From Pedobacter sp. (lineage in GTDB: Bacteria; Desulfobacterota; Desulfuromonadia; Desulfuromonadales; Syntrophotaleaceae): a DNA stretch of 64,000 nucleotides. The notes beneath the pieces were generated by a model. That model was given only the letters and a program-made list of their open reading frames with translations, was not told where the DNA came from and ran no database searches. The first letter of the stretch is position 1; each line of letters starts with the position of its first letter. Positions 28,389 through 39,399 of this stretch are shown in pieces. Both the position numbers and the translations under genes were made by a program. The stretch lies in the NCBI GenBank assembly GCA_050253415.1, contig JBFWJC010000001.1, positions 648,679-712,678 of the forward strand, given 5' to 3'.

Positions 28389-29336
28389 ATGGAGAAAATT
28401 CGTCTTGGAATCAGCGCCTGCCTGCTCGGGCAAAACGTTCGCTACGATGGTGGACATCAACTTGATCGTTTTTTGCGCGATACCCTCGGAAAGTTTGTGG
28501 ACTATGTGCCGGTTTGCCCCGAGGTGGAGATGGGGTTGCCCATCCCGCGCGAAACCCTGCGCCTGATTCAATCTCCAGAAGGTCCGAGGCTGGTTTTTTC
28601 CAGGAGTGGGGAAGATGTCACCGAGCGTATGACTGCCTGGGCCCAAAAACGCCTGTCGGCCCTGGAGAAGGAGGATCTGTGCGGGTTCATTTTCAAAGGG
28701 CGCTCGCCGAGCAGTGGTATGGAACGGGTGAAGCTCTATGATCGCTTCGGGGTGCCGGCAAAGACCGGAGTCGGCCTGTTCGCCAGTATGTTTATGGCCC
28801 ACTTTCCCCTGTTGCCGGTGGAGGAAGACGGGCGCTTGCATGACCCGCGTTTGCGAGAGAATTTTATCGAGGCCATATTTACCTTCCGCCGGTGGCGTGA
28901 CCTTTTGGCCGCGGGCGCTACTTCCGCAGCGTTGGTTGCTTTTCACGCCCGCCATAAACTACTGTTCATGTCCCACAGTGTGGAGCTTGCGCGGCAGATG
29001 GGGCGCTTGATGGCCCAGGCGGGGGAGTTGCCGAATAACCGGCTGCAGGAAGACTATCAGCAACTGCTTATGCAGACCGTGCGCATCCTGGCGACACCGG
29101 CCAAGCACAGCAATGTCCTGCAGCATGCTCTGGGGTATTTTAAGCGTCAACTGAGTGGGGATGAAAAGCACGAAATGTTACAGCTTATCGAACAGTACCG
29201 GCAGGGCAAGGTTCCCCTTGCCGTACCCTTGACGCTGCTTAACCATTACGTTCGCAAGTACCAGCCGCCATGGCTCGATGAGCAGATCTATTTGCATCCA
29301 CATCCGGTCGAGTTGCATTTGCGCAGTGGTATGTAG
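28389..29336 (+). CDS. ybgA: YbgA family protein (DUF523 + DUF1722)
   Basis: ISACLLGQNVRYDGGH, CPEVEMGL, SPSSG, EEDGRLHDPRLRENF, FHARHKL. Confidence 0.9.
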   Translation: MEKIRLGISACLLGQNVRYDGGHQLDRFLRDTLGKFVDYVPVCPEVEMGLPIPRETLRLIQSPEGPRLVFSRSGEDVTERMTAWAQKRLSALEKEDLCGFIFKGRSPSSGMERVKLYDRFGVPAKTGVGLFASMFMAHFPLLPVEEDGRLHDPRLRENFIEAIFTFRRWRDLLAAGATSAALVAFHARHKLLFMSHSVELARQMGRLMAQAGELPNNRLQEDYQQLLMQTVRILATPAKHSNVLQHALGYFKRQLSGDEKHEMLQLIEQYRQGKVPLAVPLTLLNHYVRKYQPPWLDEQIYLHPHPVELHLRSGM

Positions 29337-29384
29337 TTGGAGAAATGTCGGAATGGTACAGGGCAGGTGTAGATTCCCTGAAAG

Positions 29385-29792
29385 TCAGGTAACAATGGTT
29401 TGTGCGGGACGGGCAGCGGCATCGATGGCGGTTTTCAGGTCGAGAGGCCGGACCGGCTTGGTAAAAATGGCCATGGGGTTAAGGGCTTTGGCGCGTTCGT
29501 ACAGTTCGCCGGAAGAGTATCCGGTAATGAAAATAATGGCATTGTGCCCGGTTTCCATCATTTTTTGGGCAGTTTCGATGCCATCCATGTTGCCAGTCAG
29601 GCTGATGTCCATTAATACGACATCCGGTTTTTCACTGTTAAGGCTTTGAAGTGCTTTCTCCCCTGTGGCAACCGGATCACAGGTAATGTAGCCCATACCT
29701 TGCAGTGCTCCGATCATGGCCAGGGCCGTAATGGCTTCATCTTCAACCAGCAGTAGTTTGATTGTGGATGGTTTTTTATTATTGTATGCCAA
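29385..29792 (-). CDS. Single-domain response regulator
   Basis: LVEDE, DVVLMDI, FITGY, KP; start codon uncertain. Confidence 0.85.
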   Translation of the reverse strand: MAYNNKKPSTIKLLLVEDEAITALAMIGALQGMGYITCDPVATGEKALQSLNSEKPDVVLMDISLTGNMDGIETAQKMMETGHNAIIFITGYSSGELYERAKALNPMAIFTKPVRPLDLKTAIDAAARPAQTIVT

Positions 29793-30193
29793 AATAAAAA
29801 CTTCCTTGGAGATTGTAAATAAAAAAGTTTTTCAACTATGCTTTCGTTTTTGTCTGTTAGTCTTGATCTTGAAATATTGATAGAGGACACGTGTGAACAG
29901 TATATACCGTTTTGCAAGTGGTCCTCAAGTATAGTACTTCGTGTGCGATGTTAGTTGAAACCAATAAACATAGTATTTCAAATGATACATATACCAGGCT
30001 GTGATTTGTAAAACACTTTTTGATTGCTTCTTGAGTTGAGAATCAAATAGACTGATATGCGAATAGTTACGATTCCATCTGCCGGTAATGCTGGTTGCAA
30101 ACCCCTTGAAATTTAAACTAAAACAATAAAATAATTTTGTGTTTACATCAAGTTATTTTCGCTGACATGCGGCTGACCCATCGTGGAGCAGAC

Positions 30194-32410
30194 ATGAAAA
30201 CAATTTTGACTCTTGATGGCGATGGATATGACCTCGAAACCCTTGGGGATCTTCTTCGTGGGCACGGCTATGCCGTTGATACGGTGATCGAGTGTGCCGA
30301 GGCGATGTTACGGTTCAATCGTTTCGCCGTCGATAAGATGAAAGATCAGGCTTTCTGGGTGTCTCCGGAGGGCCGTTTGCTCTACGTGAATGAGGCGGCC
30401 TGCCGGACTCTGGGGTATTCCAGGGAAGAGCTTCTCGGCATGTCTATATTCGATATCGACCCGGACTGCACCTTCGAAGAGTACACCCGTCTCTGGAAGG
30501 ATTTGCAAACCAACGGTTCGTTTAGCCTGGAATCATTTCATCGATGCAAAGATGGGAGGGTCTATCCGGTCGAAATTCGCTCCAATTTCATGAAGTTCGA
30601 GGGCAAGGAATATAATTGTGCGTTTATTACGGACATTTCCGAGCGCAAACGGGCCGATGAAGCGTTGCGTTTTACTCAGTACGTGGTGGACAACACTACG
30701 GATCAGGCGTTCTGGCTGACCTCGGATGCCAAGGTGTTTTATGTCAACGATGCAGCCTGCCGGGCGCTCGGCTATACGCGGGATGAACTTGTTGGCATGT
30801 CCATACACGATTTCGACCCGGTGTATCCGGCGAACGAATTCAAGAAGGGTTGGGAACTCCTGCGCAATGAAAAGTCGCGGATCATAGAGAGCTGGCATCG
30901 TTCCAAAGATGGCAGGGTCTATCCGGTTGAGGTGCGCGTGAATCATGTGGAATTCGACGGCAAGGAGTACCATTGTACTTTTGTCACCGATATCTCTGAG
31001 CGCAAAGCCACAGAAGAGATCCGGCGCCAGAGTGAACAACGCTATCGGCAATTGATGGAGATACTGCCGATTGCCGCCTACACCACCGATGCCGATGGGA
31101 GGATCACATTTTTTAATCGCAACGCCGTAGAGCTATGGGGACGAAAACCGGAACTTAACGTGGATCGCTGGTGCGGTTCCCACCGGTTGTGGTATCCCGA
31201 CGGCCGGCCGATGGCTCTCGTTGATTGTCCCATGGCCATGACCCTGAAATACGGGAAAAAGTTTCAAGGGCAAGAAGTGCTCGTCGAGCATGCGAAGAGT
31301 GGTTACTCTCATGTGGTAGCCTATCCCGAGCCTCTCTATGATTCCGATGGCAAGCTGGTGGGCGCCCTTAACCTGTTGGTTGATATAACCCAGCGCAAAC
31401 AGGTTGAAAAACAACTGCTGCAGTCGAACATCGTGGTGGAAAACAGCCCGGTAGTACTGTTTCGCTGGAAGAATGAACCCGGCTGGCCAGTGGTTCTGGT
31501 GTCAAAAAACATCACCCAGTTCGGCTACGAACCCGAAGAGCTCCTTAGCGGAACCCTGGCGTTCAGCTCCATGATTCACCCGGGTGATCGGGAGCGGGTG
31601 GTGCGTGAAGTCGAGATCTACGCTGCACGGGGGGTTGATCGGTTTGAGCAGGAGTACAGAATCCTCGGTAAGGGGGGGAGAAATTGTTGGGTCAGCGACC
31701 AGACCATTGTCGAGCGCAATGACGAAGGGCAGATCACTCACTATCAGGGCATCGTGATAGATATTACCGAGCGTAAGCATGCCGAAGAGCGTATCAAGGC
31801 ATCTTTGCGCGAAAAGGAAGTATTGCTGAAGGAAATTCATCACCGGGTGAAGAATAACCTGCAGGTGGTTTCGAGTTTGCTGTATCTCCAATCCCAAAAA
31901 CTACAAGATGCTGAGGCAAGGGCGCTTTTTGTCGAAAGTCAGAATCGGATCTGTTCGATGGCTCTGGCTCACGAGCAGCTCTACAAATCGCACAACCTTG
32001 CCGACGTCAGCTTGACCGATTATGTACAAAACCTGGTGTCGCATGTGCAGCAAGCTTATATGAAACAGGAAACGCACCATGAATGTCGCGTGGTCATTGA
32101 CAATGTGGAACTCGATATTGAAAAGGTGGTCCCTTGCGGACTGCTGATTACCGAACTGCTTTCCAATGTTTTTAAACATGCTTTCCCTGATGCCCGGTGC
32201 GGTGCCATAGAAGTGACCCTCTCAAAGCAAAGTGGACGGTTGCTGCTATCCGTTGCGGATGATGGTGTCGGGCTGCCTGAAAGCCTGGATTATCGCAATG
32301 CTCAGACACTCGGGCTGCAACTTGTTTCTGCTCTGGTCGAACAGCTTGACGGAAGTTTGTCAGTAAAAAACGATGCCGGAACCCGATTTGCAATTTCGTT
32401 TCCCGGGTAA
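30194..32410 (+). CDS. Cytoplasmic histidine kinase with four PAS domains (HisKA_2 type)
   Basis: Repeated PAS/PAC ending in DISERK/DITERK; EIHHRVKNNLQ, ELLSNVFKHAF, DDGVG, TLGLQLV. Confidence 0.95.
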   Translation: MKTILTLDGDGYDLETLGDLLRGHGYAVDTVIECAEAMLRFNRFAVDKMKDQAFWVSPEGRLLYVNEAACRTLGYSREELLGMSIFDIDPDCTFEEYTRLWKDLQTNGSFSLESFHRCKDGRVYPVEIRSNFMKFEGKEYNCAFITDISERKRADEALRFTQYVVDNTTDQAFWLTSDAKVFYVNDAACRALGYTRDELVGMSIHDFDPVYPANEFKKGWELLRNEKSRIIESWHRSKDGRVYPVEVRVNHVEFDGKEYHCTFVTDISERKATEEIRRQSEQRYRQLMEILPIAAYTTDADGRITFFNRNAVELWGRKPELNVDRWCGSHRLWYPDGRPMALVDCPMAMTLKYGKKFQGQEVLVEHAKSGYSHVVAYPEPLYDSDGKLVGALNLLVDITQRKQVEKQLLQSNIVVENSPVVLFRWKNEPGWPVVLVSKNITQFGYEPEELLSGTLAFSSMIHPGDRERVVREVEIYAARGVDRFEQEYRILGKGGRNCWVSDQTIVERNDEGQITHYQGIVIDITERKHAEERIKASLREKEVLLKEIHHRVKNNLQVVSSLLYLQSQKLQDAEARALFVESQNRICSMALAHEQLYKSHNLADVSLTDYVQNLVSHVQQAYMKQETHHECRVVIDNVELDIEKVVPCGLLITELLSNVFKHAFPDARCGAIEVTLSKQSGRLLLSVADDGVGLPESLDYRNAQTLGLQLVSALVEQLDGSLSVKNDAGTRFAISFPG

Positions 32411-32450
32411 GGTAGCGACAGGGTAGGCCGCGAAAAGGAGCGCATTGTCG

Positions 32451-33740
32451 ATGAAAGCAAAGCTGTTGATCGTCGAAGACGAAGCGTTCATCGCTCTGGA
32501 AATCAAGACCCGACTTCAGCACATGGGTTACGAGGTGTGCGGTGTGGTTTCCCACGGGGAGGATGCCATCCTGCAGGCGGAAGCCATGCGCCCGGATCTG
32601 GTGTTAATGGATATCCGCTTGAAGGGAGAAATGAGCGGCATCGAAGCGGCCGCTGTTATTCGTGAAAAAAGCAGGATTCCGATAGTCTACCTCACCTCCC
32701 ATGCCGATGAGGAAACCCTTCAGCAGGCCAAATGGACTGCCCCCTCCGGGTATCTTCTCAAGCCGTTTCAGGAGAAGGATTTACGCATCGGCATCGAAAT
32801 GGCATTGCATAAACATGCCATGGAACGACAGTTGCTGGAAAGCGAAGAGAAATTCCGACTGGTCACCGAAAGCATTGATGACGTTTTCTGGCTCAGCAGT
32901 CCCGATTTCAGGGAGTTGCTGTATGTCAGTCCCGCTTATGAGAAAATCTGGGGCCGGAGGCGGGAAGATCTGCATCACGACCCACTGTCGTTTCTCGACG
33001 GTGTGCATCCGCTCGATCGCGAGGCGGTGCGCGCACTCATGGAGCACCCCCCCCTCGAAAGGCTGCAACTCGAATACCGTATCATCAAGCCTGATGGATC
33101 CATATCCTGGGTCAGGGATCGGCGCTTTCCGGTCCTGAATGCCCATGGCAGCCCTTATCGCCTTGCAGGGGTGGCCACCGATATCACCGCGCAAAAGAAT
33201 GCCGAGCAGCAACTGCTGGTTCTCAATCAAAAATTGCAGCAGCAGGCGACTCATGACATGTTGACCGGCTTACCCAATCGGCGTCTGCTCATCGACCGTC
33301 TCGAACAGGCTTTAGCTCAAAGCCAGCGCAATGGCGGGCATCTTGCCATGTTGTTTATCGACCTCGATGGCTTCAAGGAAATCAATGATCGTCTGGGACA
33401 TACGGCTGGTGATGAGGTGTTGGAAATTATCGGTCGACGGCTGAATAATCTTCTGCGTTCAGCCGATACCGCTGCGCGTTTGGGGGGGGATGAATTCGGC
33501 CTCGTCCTTTCAAAAATCAGTGACAGGCAAGGTGCCCAACTGGTGGCGAAAAAGGTGCTGGAAACCATTTCTGCCCCCCTTGTCGTTCGGGGTGAGCACT
33601 GCTATATCGGGGCGTCCATAGGCATCAGTCTCTACCCGGAACATGGTACCTCGGCGGATGAACTTATCAGTCGGGCCGATTCAGCCATGTACAAGGTCAA
33701 ACATGCCGGTAAAGGTTCCTTTGGTTTTTACCACGAATAA
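32451..33740 (+). CDS. Response regulator-PAS-GGDEF diguanylate cyclase
   Basis: IVEDE...LMDI receiver, PAS, DMLTGLPNR, RSAD-x5-GGDEF. Confidence 0.95.
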   Translation: MKAKLLIVEDEAFIALEIKTRLQHMGYEVCGVVSHGEDAILQAEAMRPDLVLMDIRLKGEMSGIEAAAVIREKSRIPIVYLTSHADEETLQQAKWTAPSGYLLKPFQEKDLRIGIEMALHKHAMERQLLESEEKFRLVTESIDDVFWLSSPDFRELLYVSPAYEKIWGRRREDLHHDPLSFLDGVHPLDREAVRALMEHPPLERLQLEYRIIKPDGSISWVRDRRFPVLNAHGSPYRLAGVATDITAQKNAEQQLLVLNQKLQQQATHDMLTGLPNRRLLIDRLEQALAQSQRNGGHLAMLFIDLDGFKEINDRLGHTAGDEVLEIIGRRLNNLLRSADTAARLGGDEFGLVLSKISDRQGAQLVAKKVLETISAPLVVRGEHCYIGASIGISLYPEHGTSADELISRADSAMYKVKHAGKGSFGFYHE

Positions 33741-33914
33741 TTTTCCCACCTGCCTAGAAAACCTTTTTTCTCGAAAAAAACTCCTATTTCCCTGCAAAAT
33801 TTCTCCATCCGCTTTTTAAAGAGAGAAAATGCGGCATACTTCTAAGAGTTTGTTTTTTGTGGCGGATTTGTAAAATCCAGTAACAAATAACCAATTTAAT
33901 GAGGGAGACTCGCC

Positions 33915-35381
33915 GTGTCTGAGAAAAAGCAACTGCGCATAGCAACCCGAAACTCCGGCTTCATCGATCCGGAAAAGATCGAAGACTACATCGCCGTTGG
34001 TGGTTACCAGGCTATTGGGCGGTGCCTGGTTGATATGACGCCGCAGCAGGTTGTCGACGAAATGACCCGCAGCGGTTTGCGTGGCCGTGGCGGGGCGGGT
34101 TTCCCAACAGGTGTTAAATGGGGGTTTGCCGCCAAGTACCAGTCGGATACCAAGTACATCATCTGCAATGCGGATGAGGGTGATCCCGGCGCCTATATGG
34201 ACCGGGCCGTCCTCGAAGGTGATCCCCATACCGTTATCGAAGGCATGATCATCGCCGGTTACGCTATTGGTGCCAGGCATGGCGCCGTTTATATCCGGGC
34301 TGAATACCCCCTCGCGATCAAGCGCCTGCGTACTGCCATCGAGCAGGCAGAGGAATACGGGTTGCTGGGTGAAAAGATTCTCGGCAGCGATTTTTCCTTC
34401 GATATCGAGCTTAAATACGGCGCCGGTGCATTTGTCTGCGGCGAAGAAACCGCCCTGATCCGCTCCATCGAGGGCAATCGCGGCGAGCCTTATACCAAGC
34501 CGCCATTTCCCGCCGAATCGGGCTATTGGAATAAGCCGACCATCGTTAACAACGTCGAGACGCTGGCAAACGTTCCGGCCATCTTGATGAAAGGTCCCGA
34601 ATGGTTCAGCAGTATCGGATCCGCCACGGCGAAGGGGACCAAGGTCTTTTCCCTGGTTGGAAAAATCACCAACGTCGGTCTTATCGAAGTGCCCATGGGC
34701 ATCACCCTTAAAGAGGTCATCTTTGACATTGGCGGCGGCTGCCCCGGTGGCAAGGAGTTTAAGGCCGTCCAGACCGGTGGGCCATCCGGTGGGGTGCTGA
34801 CCTACAAAGATCTCGATATTCCGATTGATTACGAAAGTCTTGCCGCGTGCGAATCGATTATGGGCTCCGGCGGTATGATTGTCATGGACGAGGACGCCTG
34901 CATGGTGGCTATCGCCAAGTTCTTCCTTGAATTCACCATGGAAGAAAGCTGCGGCAAGTGTACCCCGTGCCGCATCGGTTCCAAGCGTCTGTGGGAATTA
35001 CTTGAGAATATCACTATCGGGCAGGCCACGGAGGACGATCTCGAGAAACTCGTGACGCTTGCGCGCACCATCAAGGACACGGCCCTGTGCGGCCTTGGCC
35101 AGACTATGCCCAATCCCATACTCTCCACGGTGCGGGTGTTTCGTGATGAATATCTTGCTCATATCCGCGACAAGCGCTGCCCGGCAGGGGTCTGCAAGCA
35201 CCTTTTACAATATGTCATTCTCAAAGACAAATGTGTCGGTTGCACCCTGTGCGCAAAAATTTGTCCCGTAAAATGTATCAGTGGCGCAGTAAAAGAGCTG
35301 CACGTTATCGACCAGAGCGAGTGCATCAAATGCGGAGCCTGTCTGGAAAAATGCAAATTCGATGCGATTGTTACCCGGTAA
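33915..35381 (+). CDS. NuoF/HydB/HndC-type NAD(P)H-binding flavoprotein with a C-terminal 2[4Fe-4S] domain
   Basis: [40 protein letters not shown], two CxxCxxCxxxC motifs. Confidence 0.93.
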   Translation: MSEKKQLRIATRNSGFIDPEKIEDYIAVGGYQAIGRCLVDMTPQQVVDEMTRSGLRGRGGAGFPTGVKWGFAAKYQSDTKYIICNADEGDPGAYMDRAVLEGDPHTVIEGMIIAGYAIGARHGAVYIRAEYPLAIKRLRTAIEQAEEYGLLGEKILGSDFSFDIELKYGAGAFVCGEETALIRSIEGNRGEPYTKPPFPAESGYWNKPTIVNNVETLANVPAILMKGPEWFSSIGSATAKGTKVFSLVGKITNVGLIEVPMGITLKEVIFDIGGGCPGGKEFKAVQTGGPSGGVLTYKDLDIPIDYESLAACESIMGSGGMIVMDEDACMVAIAKFFLEFTMEESCGKCTPCRIGSKRLWELLENITIGQATEDDLEKLVTLARTIKDTALCGLGQTMPNPILSTVRVFRDEYLAHIRDKRCPAGVCKHLLQYVILKDKCVGCTLCAKICPVKCISGAVKELHVIDQSECIKCGACLEKCKFDAIVTR

Positions 35382-35444
35382 TCTGCCTTGCCCCCTCCCG
35401 GTAGCAGGGGAGGGGCGAGCGATAACTTACAGTTGGGTAAGAAG

Positions 35445-35822
35445 ATGTGCGATAAAAAGATTTTCAACAGAACCGAAGCGTTGCGGCTGACCCCGATTAA
35501 TCGTCTGGCATCTCTTAAGCTCAAAGTTGCCGGTCTGGACGAGCATCCTTCGGTGCTGCCGGTCTTTCAGCTCATGTCCTGGGGGTTGGCGGATTGTTCG
35601 TGTCTGGCCCACGAGGATACGGCTGATGAGCTGATGCAACTGGTCTGGCACCCTGACCAGCGGTTTGCTATCGATTATCTGCTTGCCAATGTGCCCGGTG
35701 GTGTGACAACCTTTCAACGCAAACTTCTGCACTTGCCTCCACGAGCCGCCGCCTGGGCCTTGCTGGGGGTTTTTGATATGCGCCTCAAGTCCGACCCTCG
35801 CAAGCCGTATCCGGACGGGTAG
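35445..35822 (+). CDS. Hypothetical protein
   Basis: ORF fills the gap between co-oriented genes; no family recognised. Confidence 0.55.
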   Translation: MCDKKIFNRTEALRLTPINRLASLKLKVAGLDEHPSVLPVFQLMSWGLADCSCLAHEDTADELMQLVWHPDQRFAIDYLLANVPGGVTTFQRKLLHLPPRAAAWALLGVFDMRLKSDPRKPYPDG

Positions 35823-35855
35823 GCAATGTCGCAAAGCAGCACCGGAGATCTCCCT

Positions 35856-36515
35856 ATGCTTATGAAACGTCTTGGCAGGACCCTGTTCCGCGGGCTGGTA
35901 GCGATGCTGCCAGCTATCTTGACCATTTATATTCTCTATTGGCTGGTGCGCTCCACCGAGACGGTTCTGGGCTCCGTGCTTACGCTGTTGTTACCTCCCG
36001 GCTGGTATGTCCCCGGCATGGGGCTGGTTGCTGGCCTTGTCGTCACCTTTTTGTTCGGCATGGCTCTCAACGCCTTTTTGGTGCGCAAGATGCTCAGTTT
36101 GAGCGAAGCGCTGATGAACCGTATTCCGCTGGTCAAGATATTGTACGGTTCCCTCAAGGATTTCATCGGGTTTTTTGCGACCAAACGTGATACGCAGTTT
36201 AACCAGGTGGTCACCGTAGATCTGGAATTCGGCGGTATGCCCATGCGCATGCTTGGCTTCGTGACCTGCAGTGACTTCAGTAACCTCCCCGACGGGATAG
36301 GCACATCCGATGAGGTTGCCGTCTATCTCCCCTTGAGTTACCAGATTGGCGGTTATACCGTGGTCGTACCGCGAGCCTTGGTTAAACCGGTGGACATATC
36401 CACCCACCGGGCCATGGGATTTGTGGTCACCGGTGGACTTACGGCCGATAAAGGGCCGGTAGGTGCAGCCGCTCGACCTGATGTGAAACCTTCAAAGCCG
36501 GTCGCTACTACCTGA
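35856..36515 (+). CDS. DUF502 family membrane protein
   Basis: RIPLVKILYGSLKD, LGFVT, VYLPLSYQIGGY. Confidence 0.88.
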   Translation: MLMKRLGRTLFRGLVAMLPAILTIYILYWLVRSTETVLGSVLTLLLPPGWYVPGMGLVAGLVVTFLFGMALNAFLVRKMLSLSEALMNRIPLVKILYGSLKDFIGFFATKRDTQFNQVVTVDLEFGGMPMRMLGFVTCSDFSNLPDGIGTSDEVAVYLPLSYQIGGYTVVVPRALVKPVDISTHRAMGFVVTGGLTADKGPVGAAARPDVKPSKPVATT

Positions 36516-36986
36516 CTCGGGCAAGGGGTCATCGGCGGACATGGTTTCGGTTTATTGTCATCTGCTCCATAGGGCTCCTCTTGTGCGCGGCTTAAAAGGG
36601 TTATGAAAATCCGCAGCTGAAGGCCGGCCAACATTATCTCCAACACCTCTTCCGATGCTTTAACTCCAGCAGATTTCAAGACGCCTCTCCGGCCGACCGG
36701 TCGAAGTAGCCCACGCCTGAATACGCATGCACGATGAATATGTTTGACGTTAACTGATCTGGTACGCAACCTTGATCCGAAGGGAGTTGCCAACAGGGGA
36801 GTTTTTTTCCTGTCGGTGGTGGGGCTGCTTGACATCGATAAGTACATATTGCATAAAGGTCTCTAATGATGATGCTCGAAGAGTTTTATGCCCGTGGTCG
36901 TTTTGCCCGGACAGGCTGTTTCGTTGCTGATCGGAAGCCGGCGGGTATGCGATGCCTCACCCAAACGATAAAGGGAGGAAGAACTT

Positions 36987-37775
36987 ATGCGTAAGTATTT
37001 CTGGTGGATGATTCTGTTCGCGGTATTGCCGCCCATGATAGTCGCTGCGCAGACACCCATGGAAAAACCGGCCTTGAAGCACCCCTCTTTACAACATCCC
37101 ATGGCGGAAAAAATCGGCAAACAATTGCGTCCCTGGCTGGCTATGGAGATCAACGATTTCTACACCCTGTGGAATGGCCATCCCATATATGATTATACTT
37201 TGACCAACAATTCTCAAGAGCCGTCAAGCCAGCTGGAGGTCACAACGTCCTTTGCCCGCAAACCTGATGGACCATGGGAGAATACGGAAGTCCTCGGGTT
37301 CATGAGCCTGCTCCCGGGGGGTAGCCAGGGGCCGGTTTCCCAGATCATCCCTCGCGGTGCCCGCTGGGCCAATGTGGTCATTCGGCAGGACCTCAAGCCG
37401 GGCAAGCCGGTGGTGCTTGCGAAGAAATTTGAGGTAAGGTATGCCGGACCGGTCATCCGAAGCGTTACCCGCAAGGTTGCTGCGGACAAGACCGGCTTAA
37501 AGCTTACCGTGGCTATCGATAATCCGACGGTGGAGGATTTCCGCGAAGAGTGCACCATTCAATGGAGCTTTTCTGAAGACTTGGAGGGGGTGCGCCCCGC
37601 CCTTTTGCATAAACAGCCTCTGGTTATCCCCGCATCCGCCACTATTACCCATGACTTGTCCGTAACAAACGATGCCTCCAAACCATATTTGACCGTGACC
37701 ATCAAAGGGCTTTACGATACGATTGCCGTCAGGCGTTTCAAGCAGGTGGGGCGTGTTTTTACGCCCATCAAATAA
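36987..37775 (+). CDS. Hypothetical secreted protein, beta-rich
   Basis: RBS gggagga; Sec-type signal peptide ending ..VAA-Q. Confidence 0.75.
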   Translation: MRKYFWWMILFAVLPPMIVAAQTPMEKPALKHPSLQHPMAEKIGKQLRPWLAMEINDFYTLWNGHPIYDYTLTNNSQEPSSQLEVTTSFARKPDGPWENTEVLGFMSLLPGGSQGPVSQIIPRGARWANVVIRQDLKPGKPVVLAKKFEVRYAGPVIRSVTRKVAADKTGLKLTVAIDNPTVEDFREECTIQWSFSEDLEGVRPALLHKQPLVIPASATITHDLSVTNDASKPYLTVTIKGLYDTIAVRRFKQVGRVFTPIK

Positions 37776-37797
37776 CAGTCATTCACAGGAGTATCAG

Positions 37798-39255
37798 TTG
37801 GCGGATATCAGTCTCAACCGGGTTGTCGCACGCATCAGTAAGCATGCCAGTCTGAAGGATGTAAGTTTGCATATCGGCGACAACGAGCACTGGGCCGTCA
37901 TCGGTGCCAACGGTTCGGGAAAATCGGCCTTGGGGAGGCTTTTGTGCGGCGAGCTGGAGATCCTTTCGGGCACGCGGGACTCCGTCGCCAAGTCGGCTTA
38001 TATCGCTTTTGAAACGGTCAACGAGATTCTCGACATCGAGTATTACAACGACGATACCGATTTTCTCGATTGCATCGATCAGGGCACGCCGGTACGGGAG
38101 TTCATCCTGGAAGGTCATCCCCACGCCGGGCAGAGGCTCCAGGACCTCGCAGCGCAGCTCGATTTCAGCAGGTTGCTTGATCGCGGTATCCGTTTCCTGT
38201 CGACGGGCGAAATGCGCAAAGTGGTAATCTGCAGGGCTTTGCTGCAGGAACCGGAACTGCTGGTGCTCGACGAGCCGTTTGACGGGCTGGATCAATCTTC
38301 CTGCGCTGTTGTGCGGAGCCTGATCGACTCCTTGGCGCGCCAGGGGGTACGTATCGTTCTGCTGCTCAACCGATTCAGTGAAATCCTCCCCTGTATAACC
38401 CACCTGGCGTATATCCGGGACTGCAGCATTGTTGCGAGTGGTCCCCGGGATATCCTGCTGGCGTCCGAGGCGCTGTTGCGACTGCACTCCTTTCACTATA
38501 CCCTGCCAGCGCAACTGCCGGATGTCGGCGCAGTGCCCGTCGCCATCCCCCTGTCGGAAACCGAGCCGTTGATCGAAATGAAAGACGTGGTTGTGCGTTA
38601 CGATGGCAGATACGTTTTGAACGGACTGAGTTGGACGGTTTTACCCGGGCAGCACTGGCAAATTTCCGGTCCCAACGGTTCCGGCAAATCGACTTTGCTG
38701 AGCCTGGTCTCCGGCGATAATCCTCAAGCTTATGCCAATGATATCCGTCTGTTTGGACGCCAGCGGGGCACGGGAGAGAGTGTCTGGGAGATCAAAAAAC
38801 AGATCGGTCTGGTTTCCACCTCCTTCCAACAGAACTATCGCGTCGGCATTACGGCTGAACTGGCGGTTATTTCAGGTTTTTTCGACAGTATCGGGGTGTA
38901 CGGCAGTTATACCCGCAAACAGCGGGATATCGCCCTGCAGTGGCTGGAAATCCTGCATATGCAGGACAAACGCTCCGCTCCGTTGCGTGGTTTGTCCTAT
39001 GGGGAGCAACGCCTGATTTTGTTGGCTCGTGCCATGATCAAGCAGCCAAGGTTGTTGATTCTCGATGAGCCGTGCCAGGGGTTGGACGATGTCAACCGGG
39101 AGATGGTTCTGAAGCTTGTCGACCATCTCGGTACGGCCGGCCAGACTCAGCTTCTTTACGTGACCCATCATGCAGACGACCGTATACCCTGTGTCGATAA
39201 TCACATGCAGATGGTAGCGGCCGAGGGGGGCGGATATAAGGCCCAGGTGGTTTAA
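37798..39255 (+). CDS. modF: ModF-type tandem ABC ATPase
   Basis: GANGSGKS and GPNGSGKS; LSTGEMRK, LSYGEQRL, GDNPQAYAND; TTG start with caggag RBS. Confidence 0.88.
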   Translation: MADISLNRVVARISKHASLKDVSLHIGDNEHWAVIGANGSGKSALGRLLCGELEILSGTRDSVAKSAYIAFETVNEILDIEYYNDDTDFLDCIDQGTPVREFILEGHPHAGQRLQDLAAQLDFSRLLDRGIRFLSTGEMRKVVICRALLQEPELLVLDEPFDGLDQSSCAVVRSLIDSLARQGVRIVLLLNRFSEILPCITHLAYIRDCSIVASGPRDILLASEALLRLHSFHYTLPAQLPDVGAVPVAIPLSETEPLIEMKDVVVRYDGRYVLNGLSWTVLPGQHWQISGPNGSGKSTLLSLVSGDNPQAYANDIRLFGRQRGTGESVWEIKKQIGLVSTSFQQNYRVGITAELAVISGFFDSIGVYGSYTRKQRDIALQWLEILHMQDKRSAPLRGLSYGEQRLILLARAMIKQPRLLILDEPCQGLDDVNREMVLKLVDHLGTAGQTQLLYVTHHADDRIPCVDNHMQMVAAEGGGYKAQVV

Positions 39256-39399
39256 CCGTCTAAGAATCTGCCGTTGGCATACTATCGCCCGCCTGGTAAG
39301 GCCGGCCGGAAAACCGAATTGCTATTCAGCGGCAGATATCCAGGAAAAACGTGTGTCTTCGCCAAGAATGTAAAGAAATATTTGCTCACAGGAGAGACC

